A stretch of 64,000 nucleotides of DNA from Caulobacterales bacterium (GCA_044445675.1 JBIOED010000002.1:64-64063); one strand, 5' to 3'. Positions 40,387 through 50,853 are shown, numbered from the stretch's first letter. The notes: generated by a model from the letters alone, not told the origin. Made by a program: numbers and translations.

Positions 40387-41655
40387 ATGACGTCCCGGCT
40401 GGTGATGAAGTTTGGCGGCACGTCGGTGGCCGACCTGGAGCGCATCCGCCGCGTCGCCCGGCTGGTGAACGCCGAGGTCGCGGCGGGCCACCGCGTCGCC
40501 GTGGTGGTCTCGGCCATGGCCGGCAAGACCAACGAGCTGGTCGCCTGGACAGACGGCTCGGGTGCGGCGGCGCAGGGCCTGGCGGTCTCCGACGACGAAT
40601 ACGACGTGGTGGTGGCCTCCGGCGAGCAGGTCACCGCCGGCCTGTTGGCCATGACCCTGCGCAACATGGGGGTCCCGGCCCGCTCCTGGCTCGGCTGGCA
40701 GATCCCGATCATCGCCGACGACGCCCACGGCCGCGCGCGCATCGACGAGGTGCCGCCCGAAAAGCTCACCGCCGCCATGGACGCAGGCGAGGTCGCGGTG
40801 ATCGCCGGGTTCCAGGGGGTCACCCGCGACGGGCGCATCGCCACGCTTGGCCGGGGCGGGTCCGACACCAGCGCCGTCGCCATCGCCGCCGCCGTGCAGG
40901 CCGTGCGCTGCGACATCTACACCGACGTGGACGGCGTCTACACCACCGACCCGCGCATCGAATCCAAGGCCCGGCGCCTCTCGAAGATCTCCTACGAGGA
41001 GATGCTGGAGATGGCCTCCCTGGGCGCCAAGGTGCTGCAGACGCGCTCGGTCGAGCTGGCCATGAGCCAGAACGTGCCGCTCCGCGTGCTGTCGAGTTTC
41101 GTGGAGCCCGGCGAAGCCCCTGCGTCGGACGGTTCAGGTCTGGGCACCATCGTGTGCGACGAGGAAGAGATCATGGAAAAGCGGATCGTCAGCGGCGTGG
41201 CCTACAGCCGCGACGAGGCGAAGATCAGCCTCTTCGGCCTGCCCGACCACCCGGGCGTCTCCTCGATCATCTTCGGGGCGCTGGCCGACGCCAACGTCAA
41301 CGTCGACATGATCGTGCAGAGCCACGCCCGCACCCAGGACACCGCCAACATGGAGTTCACGGTGGGCAAGCGCGACGCCGCCCGCACCGTGGAGATCGTC
41401 CGCGCCGCCCAGCCGCAGATCGGCTTCGACGACGTGGCGGTGAACGACGAGGTCTCCAAGGTCTCGGTGATCGGGGTCGGCATGCGCAGCCATACCGGCG
41501 TGGCCAAGACCATGTTCGCGGCGCTCGCCGAAAAGGGCGTCAACATCCAGGTGATCTCGACCTCGGAGATCAAGATCAGCGTGCTGATCGACGCGGCCTA
41601 TACCGAACTCGCCGTGCGCGCCCTGCACGCGGCCTATGGGCTGGACCAGCTGTAG
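40387..41655 (+). CDS. lysC: aspartate kinase
   Basis: VMKFGGTSVAD, VVVSAM, TLGRGGSDTSA, YTDVDGVYTTDPR, two ACT domains. Confidence 0.97.
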   Translation: MTSRLVMKFGGTSVADLERIRRVARLVNAEVAAGHRVAVVVSAMAGKTNELVAWTDGSGAAAQGLAVSDDEYDVVVASGEQVTAGLLAMTLRNMGVPARSWLGWQIPIIADDAHGRARIDEVPPEKLTAAMDAGEVAVIAGFQGVTRDGRIATLGRGGSDTSAVAIAAAVQAVRCDIYTDVDGVYTTDPRIESKARRLSKISYEEMLEMASLGAKVLQTRSVELAMSQNVPLRVLSSFVEPGEAPASDGSGLGTIVCDEEEIMEKRIVSGVAYSRDEAKISLFGLPDHPGVSSIIFGALADANVNVDMIVQSHARTQDTANMEFTVGKRDAARTVEIVRAAQPQIGFDDVAVNDEVSKVSVIGVGMRSHTGVAKTMFAALAEKGVNIQVISTSEIKISVLIDAAYTELAVRALHAAYGLDQL

Positions 41656-41686
41656 ATCCTTTGGTCTCGGACACAGGCGATCATCG

Positions 41687-42106
41687 ATGCGGAATGGACG
41701 CGCCCGCGCCGGCATCTTCATAAGAAGCGTCTACGCCCTATGTTTGCTGGTCGCGACGTACACGCACGCCGTTCCACTCCTTCAGCATGGCCTGTTCTGG
41801 GACTACGGCGGCGTAGGCCGGGTGAGCGCGGCGTTCTGGACGTCTCTCGCGATCGCCGACCCGGTGGCGGTCGCCTGTCTGTTCTTGTGGCCGCGTCTCG
41901 GGTTGGTCCTGACGACCGGGATCATTGGGCTGGACGTCCTCCATAACGGGATAGTCTTCAGCGACGTCCTGAGGCGCTCCGCTGCATTCAATCTTTGGAC
42001 CTACACGGCCTTTTTTGGACTTCAGGTGGCGTTCCTCCTGTTTGTGATCGCAACGGTGCGCTTGGCGTGGCCCCAAGCGCATGGCGCTTCGCCGTCGGCG
42101 ACCTAG
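41687..42106 (+). CDS. hypothetical small membrane protein
   Basis: About four hydrophobic segments; FWTSLAIADP, DVLHN; less GC-biased codons than neighbours. Confidence 0.7.
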   Translation: MRNGRARAGIFIRSVYALCLLVATYTHAVPLLQHGLFWDYGGVGRVSAAFWTSLAIADPVAVACLFLWPRLGLVLTTGIIGLDVLHNGIVFSDVLRRSAAFNLWTYTAFFGLQVAFLLFVIATVRLAWPQAHGASPSAT

Positions 42107-42118
42107 GGGCCGACCCGG

Positions 42119-43522
42119 CTAAGCCTTCTGCGCCGCGCCGGTCAGCCGGAACGCGCCCCAGGCGCCGAGCGCCGCCAGCGGGATCACCGAGACGAACACC
42201 CAGACCGAGGCGGACCGCGCGCTGGCCGCGGTCAGGCCGGCCGAGAACCCGCCGAGATTGGCCGCCACGCCGGAGATCGCCGCCCCGGCCGCCGCCCCCG
42301 TCTGGCGCACCGCGGTGATCGCCGAGGAGCCGATGGCCCGGTCCTCGTCCGACAACGCCATGAGCACCCGACGGCTCATGAACGCCCAGGAAAACCCGAA
42401 CGCCGCGCCCATCAGCGATCCCCCGACCAACACCCAAAGGAACGCGCCGTCCGCCAGGGTCAAGGCCAGGACGACCAGGCTGACGATCAGGCAGGCCGCG
42501 CCCACCCGGATCCAGCGCGCGTCCCACAGCCCCGCGGCATTGGTCACCAGGATGGCCGCCAGCGTCCAGGCGGCGGATTCCGCGCCGATCGTGTAGCCGG
42601 CCATCAGCGGCGAGAAGCCGCGCAGCTGCTGCAGGATCGGCGGCCCGTAGATCGCGAACCCCATGGTTGCGGCGGTCATGGCGAACATCGCCAGGTAGCC
42701 CGAGCCGCAGACCGTGCACAGGTCCCCGGCCCGATGCGGCAGCAGCCGCACCCGCGCCCGGCCGTCGATCCAGATCACCAGGCTGAGCACCGCCAGCCCG
42801 CCCGCCACCAGGGCGACGGAGAGCGTCAAGTCGGTCACCACGTCCGCGGCGCCGATCGCCGCCACCCCGGCGCCCAGCACGGCCAGCTGCAGCCACGGCA
42901 CGCCTGGCCCGCCGCCCGCCTTGGCGGAGCCGCGCAGCAGGAACGGCGCCGCGGCGGCGAACACCGCGGTCTGCGCCGCGAACAGCCAGAAGACGTCGCG
43001 CCAGTCGCCGGTCTGCACCACCAGCCCGCCGAACAAGGGGCCGAGCACCGTGGCGATCCCCCAGACGAAGGTCACCGAGGCGAACACCCGCGCCAGGTGC
43101 CGCTCGGGGAACAGCAGCGCCACCGCCACCATGGCGAAGCCGGAGATCCAGCCCGAGCCGATCCCCTGGATCAGCCGGCCGAGCAGGAAGGTCGAGATGT
43201 CGGGCGCCAGCGCGCTCATCACGCAACCGGCCGCCATGATCGCCCCGGCCGCCGCCGTCGCTCCGCGCAGGCCGAAAATCTCCGAGATGCGGCCCGAGCT
43301 CGCCCCGGCCAGGATCGCCCCCACCAGGAACCCCGCCGTCGCCCAGCTGAAATAGGCGTAGCCGCCGAGCTGCGCGCCGACGCTCGGCATGATGGTGGCG
43401 GTCACCAGGTTGTCGGCGGCGTTCAGCCAGACGCCCAGGCAGATCAGCGCAAAACGCGGCAGGCGGCCGTCCGACAACAGATCGGCCCAGCTGTTGGACG
43501 AGGCGTCTGGGGGCCTGGACAT
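42119..43522 (-). CDS. MFS transporter
   Basis: Many TM helices, FLLGRLIQGIGSG, GPLFGG, WRDVFW. Confidence 0.92.
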   Translation of the reverse strand: MSRPPDASSNSWADLLSDGRLPRFALICLGVWLNAADNLVTATIMPSVGAQLGGYAYFSWATAGFLVGAILAGASSGRISEIFGLRGATAAAGAIMAAGCVMSALAPDISTFLLGRLIQGIGSGWISGFAMVAVALLFPERHLARVFASVTFVWGIATVLGPLFGGLVVQTGDWRDVFWLFAAQTAVFAAAAPFLLRGSAKAGGGPGVPWLQLAVLGAGVAAIGAADVVTDLTLSVALVAGGLAVLSLVIWIDGRARVRLLPHRAGDLCTVCGSGYLAMFAMTAATMGFAIYGPPILQQLRGFSPLMAGYTIGAESAAWTLAAILVTNAAGLWDARWIRVGAACLIVSLVVLALTLADGAFLWVLVGGSLMGAAFGFSWAFMSRRVLMALSDEDRAIGSSAITAVRQTGAAAGAAISGVAANLGGFSAGLTAASARSASVWVFVSVIPLAALGAWGAFRLTGAAQKA

Positions 43523-43549
43523 CGACGCCCCCTTAGCGGAGTTCCGCGG

Positions 43550-45304
43550 CTACTTCGACCGCGCCGCGGGGGCGGGCGGCAGCTTGAACCCCGGATACCA
43601 GTGGGTCGCCGTGCCCGCGGTCACGTACCAGCTGAGCAGCAGCGCGCAGATCAGCGCGCCGGGCACATAGGAGTTGGTCCGCCGGTAGGTCACCGCCGCG
43701 ATGGCTCCGATCACCGCCAGCAGCGGCACGAACTGGATCGCCACGATGGTGTTGAGCGGCTCGCCCGGCGTGAACAGCAGCCCGGTGCGGAACAGCGTCG
43801 AATACTGCACGACCAGCAGCACCAGGAAGCCCAGGCTCATGGCCAGTTTCCAGGCGCCGGCCTGCGCCAGGAAGCCCTCGCCCCTGACCGCCAGGTTGGC
43901 CGCCAGCGCCCGCAGCGCCACCAGGAAGAACACCGCCCAGAGCACCAGGTAGGGGATCGCCATCAGCGCATGGCGCCCGTCCAGCGGCTTCAGCCCCAGC
44001 ACCCAGAAGCGGTAGTCCACCTTGAACACCGCATCGACGACGACCAGCGACAGGTAGCCCACGGCCACGGTGGCGACCGCGATCGCCGCCGATTTGACCC
44101 ATTGGTGGGTGAAGGCCGGCTTGCCGCCGCGCAGCGCCAGGCTGAGCACCAGGGTGATCAGCGCGTTGGCCAGGGCCCAGACGATCAGCTGGTTCTGGAT
44201 CGACTGCGGGAAGAGCCGCATGGGGAAGAACAGCACGCCCAGCTTCATCAGCGGATAGAAGGTCAGCGCCGGCACGGCCGTGGTCAGCACGAAGGCCAGC
44301 CACCATTTCCAGCCCCGCCGCTCGGCCACCGGCTGGGTCGGCTGGTTCAGGCTGGCGAACACCGGCGTCGTGAGCAGCCCCTCGAAGGTCCCGATCAGCA
44401 GGCAGACGAAGCCCACGAAGGCGATGCCCGTGCCGATGTCCTTCCAGAGCCAGATCTGGTCCTCGGGCGCCATGGGGTTGGCCTCGCCCTTCAGGGTCTT
44501 CTGGAACCAGTCCACCGCGCCGCCGACGCCGGCCCGGCTGAAATGCTCCCAGGGATGGGTCACCGGCGGGTTCTCCAGCACCCGGGCGCTGCCATCCGCC
44601 ACGCTGCCGTAGATCTTGCCCACCAGCACCGGCCCCTCGACGCCGAACACCTCGGCGAGCTTCGGGGAATTGGCCACCAGCGACCCCTTGGGCACGCCCC
44701 ACATCAGGGCCGCGAACTCGTCGTACTGGCCGAAGACGACGGCGAGGTTGCGCAGGCTGGGCGGCGTCTGCGCCCCCAGGAACGCCGGCGTGGAGCCCTC
44801 GAAGACGATCGCCTTGTAGCCGTCCGGCTGCGAGGCGGCCGCGGTGGCGATGGGGATGCCGCCCATCGAGTGGCCTTCGAGGCCGATGTTGGCCTTGTCG
44901 ACGTAGGGCAGGCTCTGCAGGTAGCTGAGCGCCGCCGGCCCGCCCAGGTTCTGGCCCGGCCCCAGCTTCACCGCGCCCTGCGAATAGCCGTGGCCGATCA
45001 TGTCCATGGCCATGACCACGAAGCCGCGCCTGGCCAGTTCGATGGCGAACGGGCTCTGCATCTCGCGGGTGTTGATGTAGCCGTGGCTGGCCAGCACCGC
45101 CGGCGCCGGATGGGCGGCCGTGGCGGTGGAGGGCACATAGAGCAGGGCCGACTGGGTCAGGCCGTCCCCGCCTGAGATGGGGTCACCGGCGAACCGCACG
45201 TCCTTCAGCGTGACGCCGCCGGCGGTCTCGATCTCATGGGCCAGCAGCGACCCGCCGAGGATCAACGCCAGCCCCAGGATGAAGAAGCCCCATTTCCGCA
45301 GCAC
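43550..45304 (-). CDS. membrane-anchored alpha/beta hydrolase
   Basis: HGY, DMIGHG, GHSMGG, followed by about 8 TM helices; GTG start inferred. Confidence 0.85.
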   Translation of the reverse strand: MLRKWGFFILGLALILGGSLLAHEIETAGGVTLKDVRFAGDPISGGDGLTQSALLYVPSTATAAHPAPAVLASHGYINTREMQSPFAIELARRGFVVMAMDMIGHGYSQGAVKLGPGQNLGGPAALSYLQSLPYVDKANIGLEGHSMGGIPIATAAASQPDGYKAIVFEGSTPAFLGAQTPPSLRNLAVVFGQYDEFAALMWGVPKGSLVANSPKLAEVFGVEGPVLVGKIYGSVADGSARVLENPPVTHPWEHFSRAGVGGAVDWFQKTLKGEANPMAPEDQIWLWKDIGTGIAFVGFVCLLIGTFEGLLTTPVFASLNQPTQPVAERRGWKWWLAFVLTTAVPALTFYPLMKLGVLFFPMRLFPQSIQNQLIVWALANALITLVLSLALRGGKPAFTHQWVKSAAIAVATVAVGYLSLVVVDAVFKVDYRFWVLGLKPLDGRHALMAIPYLVLWAVFFLVALRALAANLAVRGEGFLAQAGAWKLAMSLGFLVLLVVQYSTLFRTGLLFTPGEPLNTIVAIQFVPLLAVIGAIAAVTYRRTNSYVPGALICALLLSWYVTAGTATHWYPGFKLPPAPAARSK

Positions 45305-45428
45305 GGCGTCCCCCCAAGGAAATGTTCTTGTTGGCCGGACGATGGGGCCGCCAGGGCCAAAGCTCAAGCTTCCACTCCTCACGTCGCCCCGCTCCCACGG
45401 CGCTGCGCGCCTGGGAGAGGGGCGACCG

Positions 45429-45445
45429 AGAACATATGAAGAACA
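45429..45445. promoter_or_regulatory. alphaproteobacterial LexA (SOS) box
   Basis: AGAAC-ATATGAA-GAACA, i.e. GAAC-N7-GAAC with AT-rich spacer, abutting TTGACG. Confidence 0.7.
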
Positions 45446-45605
45446 TTGACGAGCGCTATCTCATAAAAAGCGGCGCGCTCTTCCCGCCCCCTTCAGACCT
45501 TCGAGAGGCGCTGCGGCCAAACGCCGAAATCAGCCCTTTCCGTCTCCGTTCAGAGACATAAACCTGCTAGGGAGCGGGAAGTTCGAGGGAGGACGACACA
45601 GGTCG

Positions 45606-47870
45606 ATGGCGCAGCCCGGCGTAGCCATACGCGGTCAGCGAAGCCTGCTTCGGCAGATCCGGGAGGCCCTGGCCGGGGGCGGCCCGGCGCAGGCGCGCCT
45701 GGACATGGTCGTGCGAATCATCGCGCGCTCCATGGTCGCCGAAGTGTGTTCGCTCTACATGCGCCGCGCGGCCGGCGACATGGAGCTGTTCGCCACCGAA
45801 GGCCTCGATCCCGCCGCCGTCCACGTCACCCGCATGAAGCCGGGCGAGGGCCTGGTGGGCGAGATCATGAAGCTCGGCCGGCCGCTGAACCTGGCCGACG
45901 CGCCTGAGCACCCGGCCTTCTCCTACCGCCCGGAAACCGGCGAGGACCCCTACCACGCCTTCCTAGGGGTTCCCCTGCTGCGCGGCGGCCGGGCGATCGG
46001 CGTGCTGGTGGTGCAGAACCGCACCGCGCGGGTCTACACCGAGGACGAGGTCGAGGACCTGCAGATCGTCGCCATGGTGCTGGCCGAGATGGTCGCCGCC
46101 GGCGAGCTGATCGGCGCCGCGGCCCTGAAGGGCGTCGAGATCGCCCCGCACCGGCCGGAAAGGCTGAAGGGCTCCAAGTTCGGCGACGGCCTGGCCTATG
46201 GCGTCGCCGTCCTGCACGAGCCGCCGGTCGCGCCCTCCCAGCTGCTTTCCGACGACGTGGCCGCCGAGGAGCGCCGCCTGGCGGCGGCCATCGACAGCCT
46301 GCAGGCCCAGATCGACCAGATGCTGGAGGGCAACGCCGGCCTGGTCGACGCCTCCTTCGAGGTGCTCGACACCTACCGGATGTTCGCCCATTCGCAGAGC
46401 TGGCTGCGCAGCCTGCAGGACGCGGTGAGCAACGGCCTCACCGCCGAGGCCGCCGTCGAGCGCGTGCGCTCCGAGCACCGCGCCCGCCTGGGCCAGGCCC
46501 GCGACCCCTATCTGCGCGAGCGGTTGCACGACCTGGAGGACCTCAACGACCGCCTGCTGCGCCACCTCTCCGGCGATGGCCATGCGGCGCGCGACCTGCC
46601 CGACAACGCCATCCTGATCGCCCGCAACCTCGGGCCGGCCGACCTGCTGGAATACGACCGCACCAAACTGCGCGGCCTCTTGCTGGAGGAGGGCTCGGCG
46701 GCCAGCCACGCCGCCATCGTGGCGCGCGCCCTCGACATCCCCTGCGTCGGCCGCCTGGCGGGCCTGCGCGACCGGGTCTCCGAAGGCGACATGGTCATCG
46801 TCGATGCGGAAACCGGCGAGGCCTACCTGCGGCCACGCACCGACATCGTGAAGGCCATCCAGGCCCGCATCGACGTGCGCCGCCTGCGCCGCGCCGAGTT
46901 CGCCAAGCTGCGCGAGACCCCGGCCTTCACCCGCGACGGCGCCAAGATCACCCTGCTGATGAACGCCGGCCTCGACGTCGACCTCGACATCCTGGCCGAG
47001 ACCGGGGCGGAGGGCATCGGCCTGTTCCGCACCGAGTTCCAGTTCATGGTCGCCGAGGAGATGCCGCGCTTCAACGCCCAGACCGCCCTCTACGGCCGGG
47101 TGATGGACGCCGCGGGCGACCTGCCGGTGACCTTCCGCACGCTCGATCTCGGCGGCGACAAGGTGCTGCCCTACATGGAGGCCGAACGGGAGGACAACCC
47201 GGCCCTGGGCTGGCGGGCGATCCGCATGGGGCTCGACCGGCCGGCCCTGCTGCGCCTGCAACTGCGCGCCCTGATCGCCGCGGCGCGCGGTCGGCCGCTC
47301 AGGATCATGTTCCCGCTGATCTCCAACGTGGACGAGTTCCGGGCCGCCCGCGCCTGGGTCGATGTCGAGATCGCCTGGGCTCAGCGCCGCGGGCGCCCCG
47401 CGCCGTTGCGGCTGGACGTGGGCGCTATGATCGAGGCGCCGTCGCTGGTCTGGCACCTCGATGCCCTGCTGCCGATGACCGACTTCGTCAGCGTCGGCAC
47501 CAACGACCTGATGCAGTACCTGTTCGCCGCCGACCGGGGGAACCCGCGGATGGCCGAGCGCTACGACCCGCTCTCGCCGCCGGCCTTGCGTGCGCTGGAG
47601 CAGATCCAGCGCGCCTGCGCCGAGACCGGCACGCCGGTCAGCGTCTGCGGCGAGATGGCCGGACGGCCGCTGGAGGCCTTCGCCCTCGTGGCCCTGGGCT
47701 TCGAGCGCCTCTCCATGCCGCCGGCCGGGGTCGGACCGGTCAAGCAGATGGTGCTCTCCTGCGACCGCGAGGCGGCCCGGCGTGGCGTCTCCGCGCTGCT
47801 GAAGAGCGGCGCCGGCTCGGTCCGCAACGAGATCGAGACCCTGGCCCGCAAGATCTACGTGGCGGTCTAG
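45606..47870 (+). CDS. ptsP: PTS(Ntr) enzyme I
   Basis: GAF domain (AEVCSLY, LFATEGL), SHAAIVAR, GIGLFRTE, SVGTNDL, CGEMA. Confidence 0.97.
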   Translation: MAQPGVAIRGQRSLLRQIREALAGGGPAQARLDMVVRIIARSMVAEVCSLYMRRAAGDMELFATEGLDPAAVHVTRMKPGEGLVGEIMKLGRPLNLADAPEHPAFSYRPETGEDPYHAFLGVPLLRGGRAIGVLVVQNRTARVYTEDEVEDLQIVAMVLAEMVAAGELIGAAALKGVEIAPHRPERLKGSKFGDGLAYGVAVLHEPPVAPSQLLSDDVAAEERRLAAAIDSLQAQIDQMLEGNAGLVDASFEVLDTYRMFAHSQSWLRSLQDAVSNGLTAEAAVERVRSEHRARLGQARDPYLRERLHDLEDLNDRLLRHLSGDGHAARDLPDNAILIARNLGPADLLEYDRTKLRGLLLEEGSAASHAAIVARALDIPCVGRLAGLRDRVSEGDMVIVDAETGEAYLRPRTDIVKAIQARIDVRRLRRAEFAKLRETPAFTRDGAKITLLMNAGLDVDLDILAETGAEGIGLFRTEFQFMVAEEMPRFNAQTALYGRVMDAAGDLPVTFRTLDLGGDKVLPYMEAEREDNPALGWRAIRMGLDRPALLRLQLRALIAAARGRPLRIMFPLISNVDEFRAARAWVDVEIAWAQRRGRPAPLRLDVGAMIEAPSLVWHLDALLPMTDFVSVGTNDLMQYLFAADRGNPRMAERYDPLSPPALRALEQIQRACAETGTPVSVCGEMAGRPLEAFALVALGFERLSMPPAGVGPVKQMVLSCDREAARRGVSALLKSGAGSVRNEIETLARKIYVAV

Positions 47871-47883
47871 GGGGCTTCGCGGC

Positions 47884-48822
47884 GTGGCCATCGACGATTT
47901 CGACATCCCTTCGCTCCACTCCGGCGCCGACATCGGCCAGGCGCTGAAGGCGGTCCGCGAGCACAAGCAGCTGTCGCTGGAAGAGGTCGCCGACATCACC
48001 CGCGTGCGCAGCGCCTACCTGGCGGACATCGAGATCATGCGGCTGGACCGGTTGCCGTCCCGGCCTTTCACCATCGGCTACATCCGCGCCTACGCCGAGG
48101 CGCTGGGCCTCGATGGCGAGGCGGCCGTCGACCGCTTCCGGGCCGACGAGCCCGACCTCAACGAGCCGCTGCGCGCGCCGGTGGGCGTCGGCGCGCCGAG
48201 CGACCCGCGGGCCGCCGCCATTGTCGTCGCGGTCATCGTCATCCTGGTGGCGATCGTGCTTTGGAACGTCGCCCAGCGGGCCATGAACGCCAACGCCCCG
48301 CCGCCGTCCACCGCCTCGGCCAAGGCGACCGCAAGGGCATTCGCCACCCAGAAGCCTGGCCCCGTGGTGCTCGGGGCGCCCCTGCCGGCTCCGGTGGAAT
48401 CCACCACCCCGCCGCCCTATGAGACGCCGGGCCTGCCGATCATCAATGCGGACGGAACGATCACGCCCACCACCGCGGGCGGCGCCAAGTCCGGACTAAC
48501 GCCCGATCCGCAGGCCACCGTCGATCCGTCCACGCTGGCGCCGGTGTTTGCGCCGAAGGGCGTGGTCTATGGCGCAGTCGCCTCGCAGCCGTCGGCGGTC
48601 ACCCTGCAGGCCCTGAAATCCGCCTCGCTGATCGTGCGCGGCGCCGACGGCGAGATCTATTTCGCCCGCCAGTTCGCCCCCGGCGAGGCCTACCGCGCGC
48701 CGGAGATCGCCGGCCTCACCGCCACCGTCTCCGAGCCCGCCAGCTTCCAGGTGTTCGTGGCGGGCCGCTCCAAGGGGGTGCTGCCCGCGGCCCAGGTGTC
48801 GCTGAACAAGCTGGCGGAATAG
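47884..48822 (+). CDS. RodZ-like HTH membrane protein
   Basis: N-terminal HTH ([13 protein letters not shown]), single TM helix, Pro-rich periplasmic part; upstream of ispG. Confidence 0.85.
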   Translation: MAIDDFDIPSLHSGADIGQALKAVREHKQLSLEEVADITRVRSAYLADIEIMRLDRLPSRPFTIGYIRAYAEALGLDGEAAVDRFRADEPDLNEPLRAPVGVGAPSDPRAAAIVVAVIVILVAIVLWNVAQRAMNANAPPPSTASAKATARAFATQKPGPVVLGAPLPAPVESTTPPPYETPGLPIINADGTITPTTAGGAKSGLTPDPQATVDPSTLAPVFAPKGVVYGAVASQPSAVTLQALKSASLIVRGADGEIYFARQFAPGEAYRAPEIAGLTATVSEPASFQVFVAGRSKGVLPAAQVSLNKLAE

Positions 48823-48890
48823 GCGCGCCGGACAGCCTGCGTCAGATCGAGGCTTGGGTTCGCGGGCGCGACGGCCTATTTTCCGTGACC

Positions 48891-50033
48891 ATGAGCGTCA
48901 AAGACCACGTCCAGGACCACACCTCCGTCCGCCCCTGGCGGGCGATCCAGCGGCGCAAGAGCCGCAAGATCCGCGTCGGCGCGGTCGAGGTGGGCGGCGA
49001 CGCGCCGATCACCGTCCAGTCGATGACCAATACGCTGACCGCCGATGCGGCCGCGACCATCGGCCAGATCCGCCAGTTGGAGGAGGCCGGCGCCGACATC
49101 GTCCGCGTCTCCTGCCCCGACGAGGACTCCACCAGGGCGTTCAAGACCATCGCCAAGGCGGCCAAGGTCCCGCTCGTGGCCGACATCCACTTCCACTACA
49201 AGCGCGGTATCGAGGCGGCGCAGGCCGGCGCGGCCTGCCTGCGGATCAATCCCGGCAACATCGGCTCGCCCGACCGGGTGCGCGACGTGATCCAGGCCGC
49301 CCGAGACCACGGCTGCTCCATGCGCATCGGCGTCAACGCCGGCTCGCTCGAACGCGACCTGTTGGAAAAATACGGCGAACCCTGCCCCGACGCCATGGTC
49401 GAGAGCGCCCTGCGCCATGCCCGCATCCTGCAGGACCATGACTTCCACGAGTTCAAGATCAGCGTGAAGGCCTCCGACGTCTTCATGACCGTGGCCGCCT
49501 ACAACCTCTTGGCCGAGGCCATCGACTGCCCGCTGCACTTAGGGATAACCGAGGCTGGCGCGCTGCGCACCGGCACCGTGAAATCCTCGATCGGCATGGG
49601 AAACCTGCTGTGGGCCGGCATCGGCGACACCATCCGCGTCAGCCTCGCCGCCGATCCGGTCGAGGAGATCAAGGTCGGCTTCGACCTCCTGAAGTCGCTC
49701 GGCCTGCGCCACCGCGGCGTCAACATCATCGCCTGCCCGTCCTGCGCGCGGCAGGGCTTCAACGTCATCAAGACCGTCGAGGCTCTGGAGTCCCGCCTGG
49801 CGCATATCGCCCAGCCGATGAGCCTGTCGATCATCGGCTGCGTGGTGAACGGCCCGGGCGAGGCCCTGATGACCGACCTCGGCTTCACCGGCGGCGGCAA
49901 GGGCTCGGGCATGGTCTATGTGGCCGGCCGCCCCGACCACAAGATGGACAACGACGGCATGGTCGACCACATCGTCGAACTGGTGGAGGCCCGGGCGGCG
50001 GAGCTGGCGGCCGTTCCGCAGGCGGCGGAATAG
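48891..50033 (+). CDS. ispG: HMBPP synthase
   Basis: [43 protein letters not shown]. Confidence 0.97.
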   Translation: MSVKDHVQDHTSVRPWRAIQRRKSRKIRVGAVEVGGDAPITVQSMTNTLTADAAATIGQIRQLEEAGADIVRVSCPDEDSTRAFKTIAKAAKVPLVADIHFHYKRGIEAAQAGAACLRINPGNIGSPDRVRDVIQAARDHGCSMRIGVNAGSLERDLLEKYGEPCPDAMVESALRHARILQDHDFHEFKISVKASDVFMTVAAYNLLAEAIDCPLHLGITEAGALRTGTVKSSIGMGNLLWAGIGDTIRVSLAADPVEEIKVGFDLLKSLGLRHRGVNIIACPSCARQGFNVIKTVEALESRLAHIAQPMSLSIIGCVVNGPGEALMTDLGFTGGGKGSGMVYVAGRPDHKMDNDGMVDHIVELVEARAAELAAVPQAAE

Positions 50034-50132
50034 GCCTTCCCTCCCCATTAAAGGAAGGAAAATGACGCCTGCGTCACTCTTGCACCCTCCCGGCTTCCGC
50101 GCTTAGGTGCGCCACCATTCAGGGAGGGACAG

Positions 50133-50429
50133 ATGTCCGCAGCAGACGGCAATTGGAAGATCACCATCAACACGCCCATGGGCGCGCAGGAGGTGAACGC
50201 CTCGATCACCACCAGCGGCGACACCTTCACCGGCAAGACCTCGGGCCGCATGGGCGACGCCGACATCAGCGGCAAGGTGGCGGGCGACACCCTCACCTGG
50301 AGCGCCGCCATCACCCAACCGATGCCCATGACCCTGGAATTCGAAGCCACCGTCAGCGGCGACTCGATGACCGGCAACGTCAAGCTGGGCGCCTTCGGCA
50401 ACGCTCCGCTGAGCGGCGTCCGCGCCTAG
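50133..50429 (+). CDS. conserved hypothetical beta-rich protein
   Basis: SD GGAGG; DGNWKITINTPMG...GNVKLGAFG. Confidence 0.8.
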   Translation: MSAADGNWKITINTPMGAQEVNASITTSGDTFTGKTSGRMGDADISGKVAGDTLTWSAAITQPMPMTLEFEATVSGDSMTGNVKLGAFGNAPLSGVRA

Positions 50430-50532
50430 AACCCGCTTTCGCTGAAGCGTGCTTCGCTGATTGTAATTCCGCCCGGACTTCGCGCGGACGGGGCCTCCGC
50501 CGGCGGCGGCGGCCTTGGTCGCTCCGGCGGCC

Positions 50533-50766
50533 CTAGTTGGCGGCCGGGGTGGCTGCGGGGGCCGGCGCCTCGGCCAGGCTTGAGGCGGCGCTGGTCACCG
50601 CGTCGGTGCGCAGCGCCCGGTCGCGGTGGGCGCTCAGGAGGGCGAAGGCGACAACCGCCGCCACCGCCAGGACGCCGAGCGCGATCAGCACCCCGCCGAT
50701 GCCGAATCCGCGGCGCGCGGCTTTGGGCGTCCCGTCTCGCGACGGGAATACGGGGTCGATGGTCAT
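50533..50766 (-). CDS. small single-TM protein
   Basis: One hydrophobic helix; SD GGAG and an EcfG-type promoter upstream. Confidence 0.65.
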   Translation of the reverse strand: MTIDPVFPSRDGTPKAARRGFGIGGVLIALGVLAVAAVVAFALLSAHRDRALRTDAVTSAASSLAEAPAPAATPAAN

Positions 50767-50794
50767 TCAGGGTCTCCGGGCATCCGGCCGACCT

Positions 50795-50819
50795 AACGGG
50801 TCGCGCCGGCCGATGTTCC
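50795..50819 (-). promoter_or_regulatory. EcfG/sigmaT general-stress promoter
   Basis: GGAAC-N16-CGTT on the minus strand. Confidence 0.72.
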
Positions 50820-50853
50820 GGGCGCGCCGGTTTGGCAAGCGGCTGGCGGGGCG

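Noticed and set aside
45436-45561. 41-codon ORF starting inside the LexA box
   Set aside because: Atypical codon usage, and its start precedes the likely -35 element
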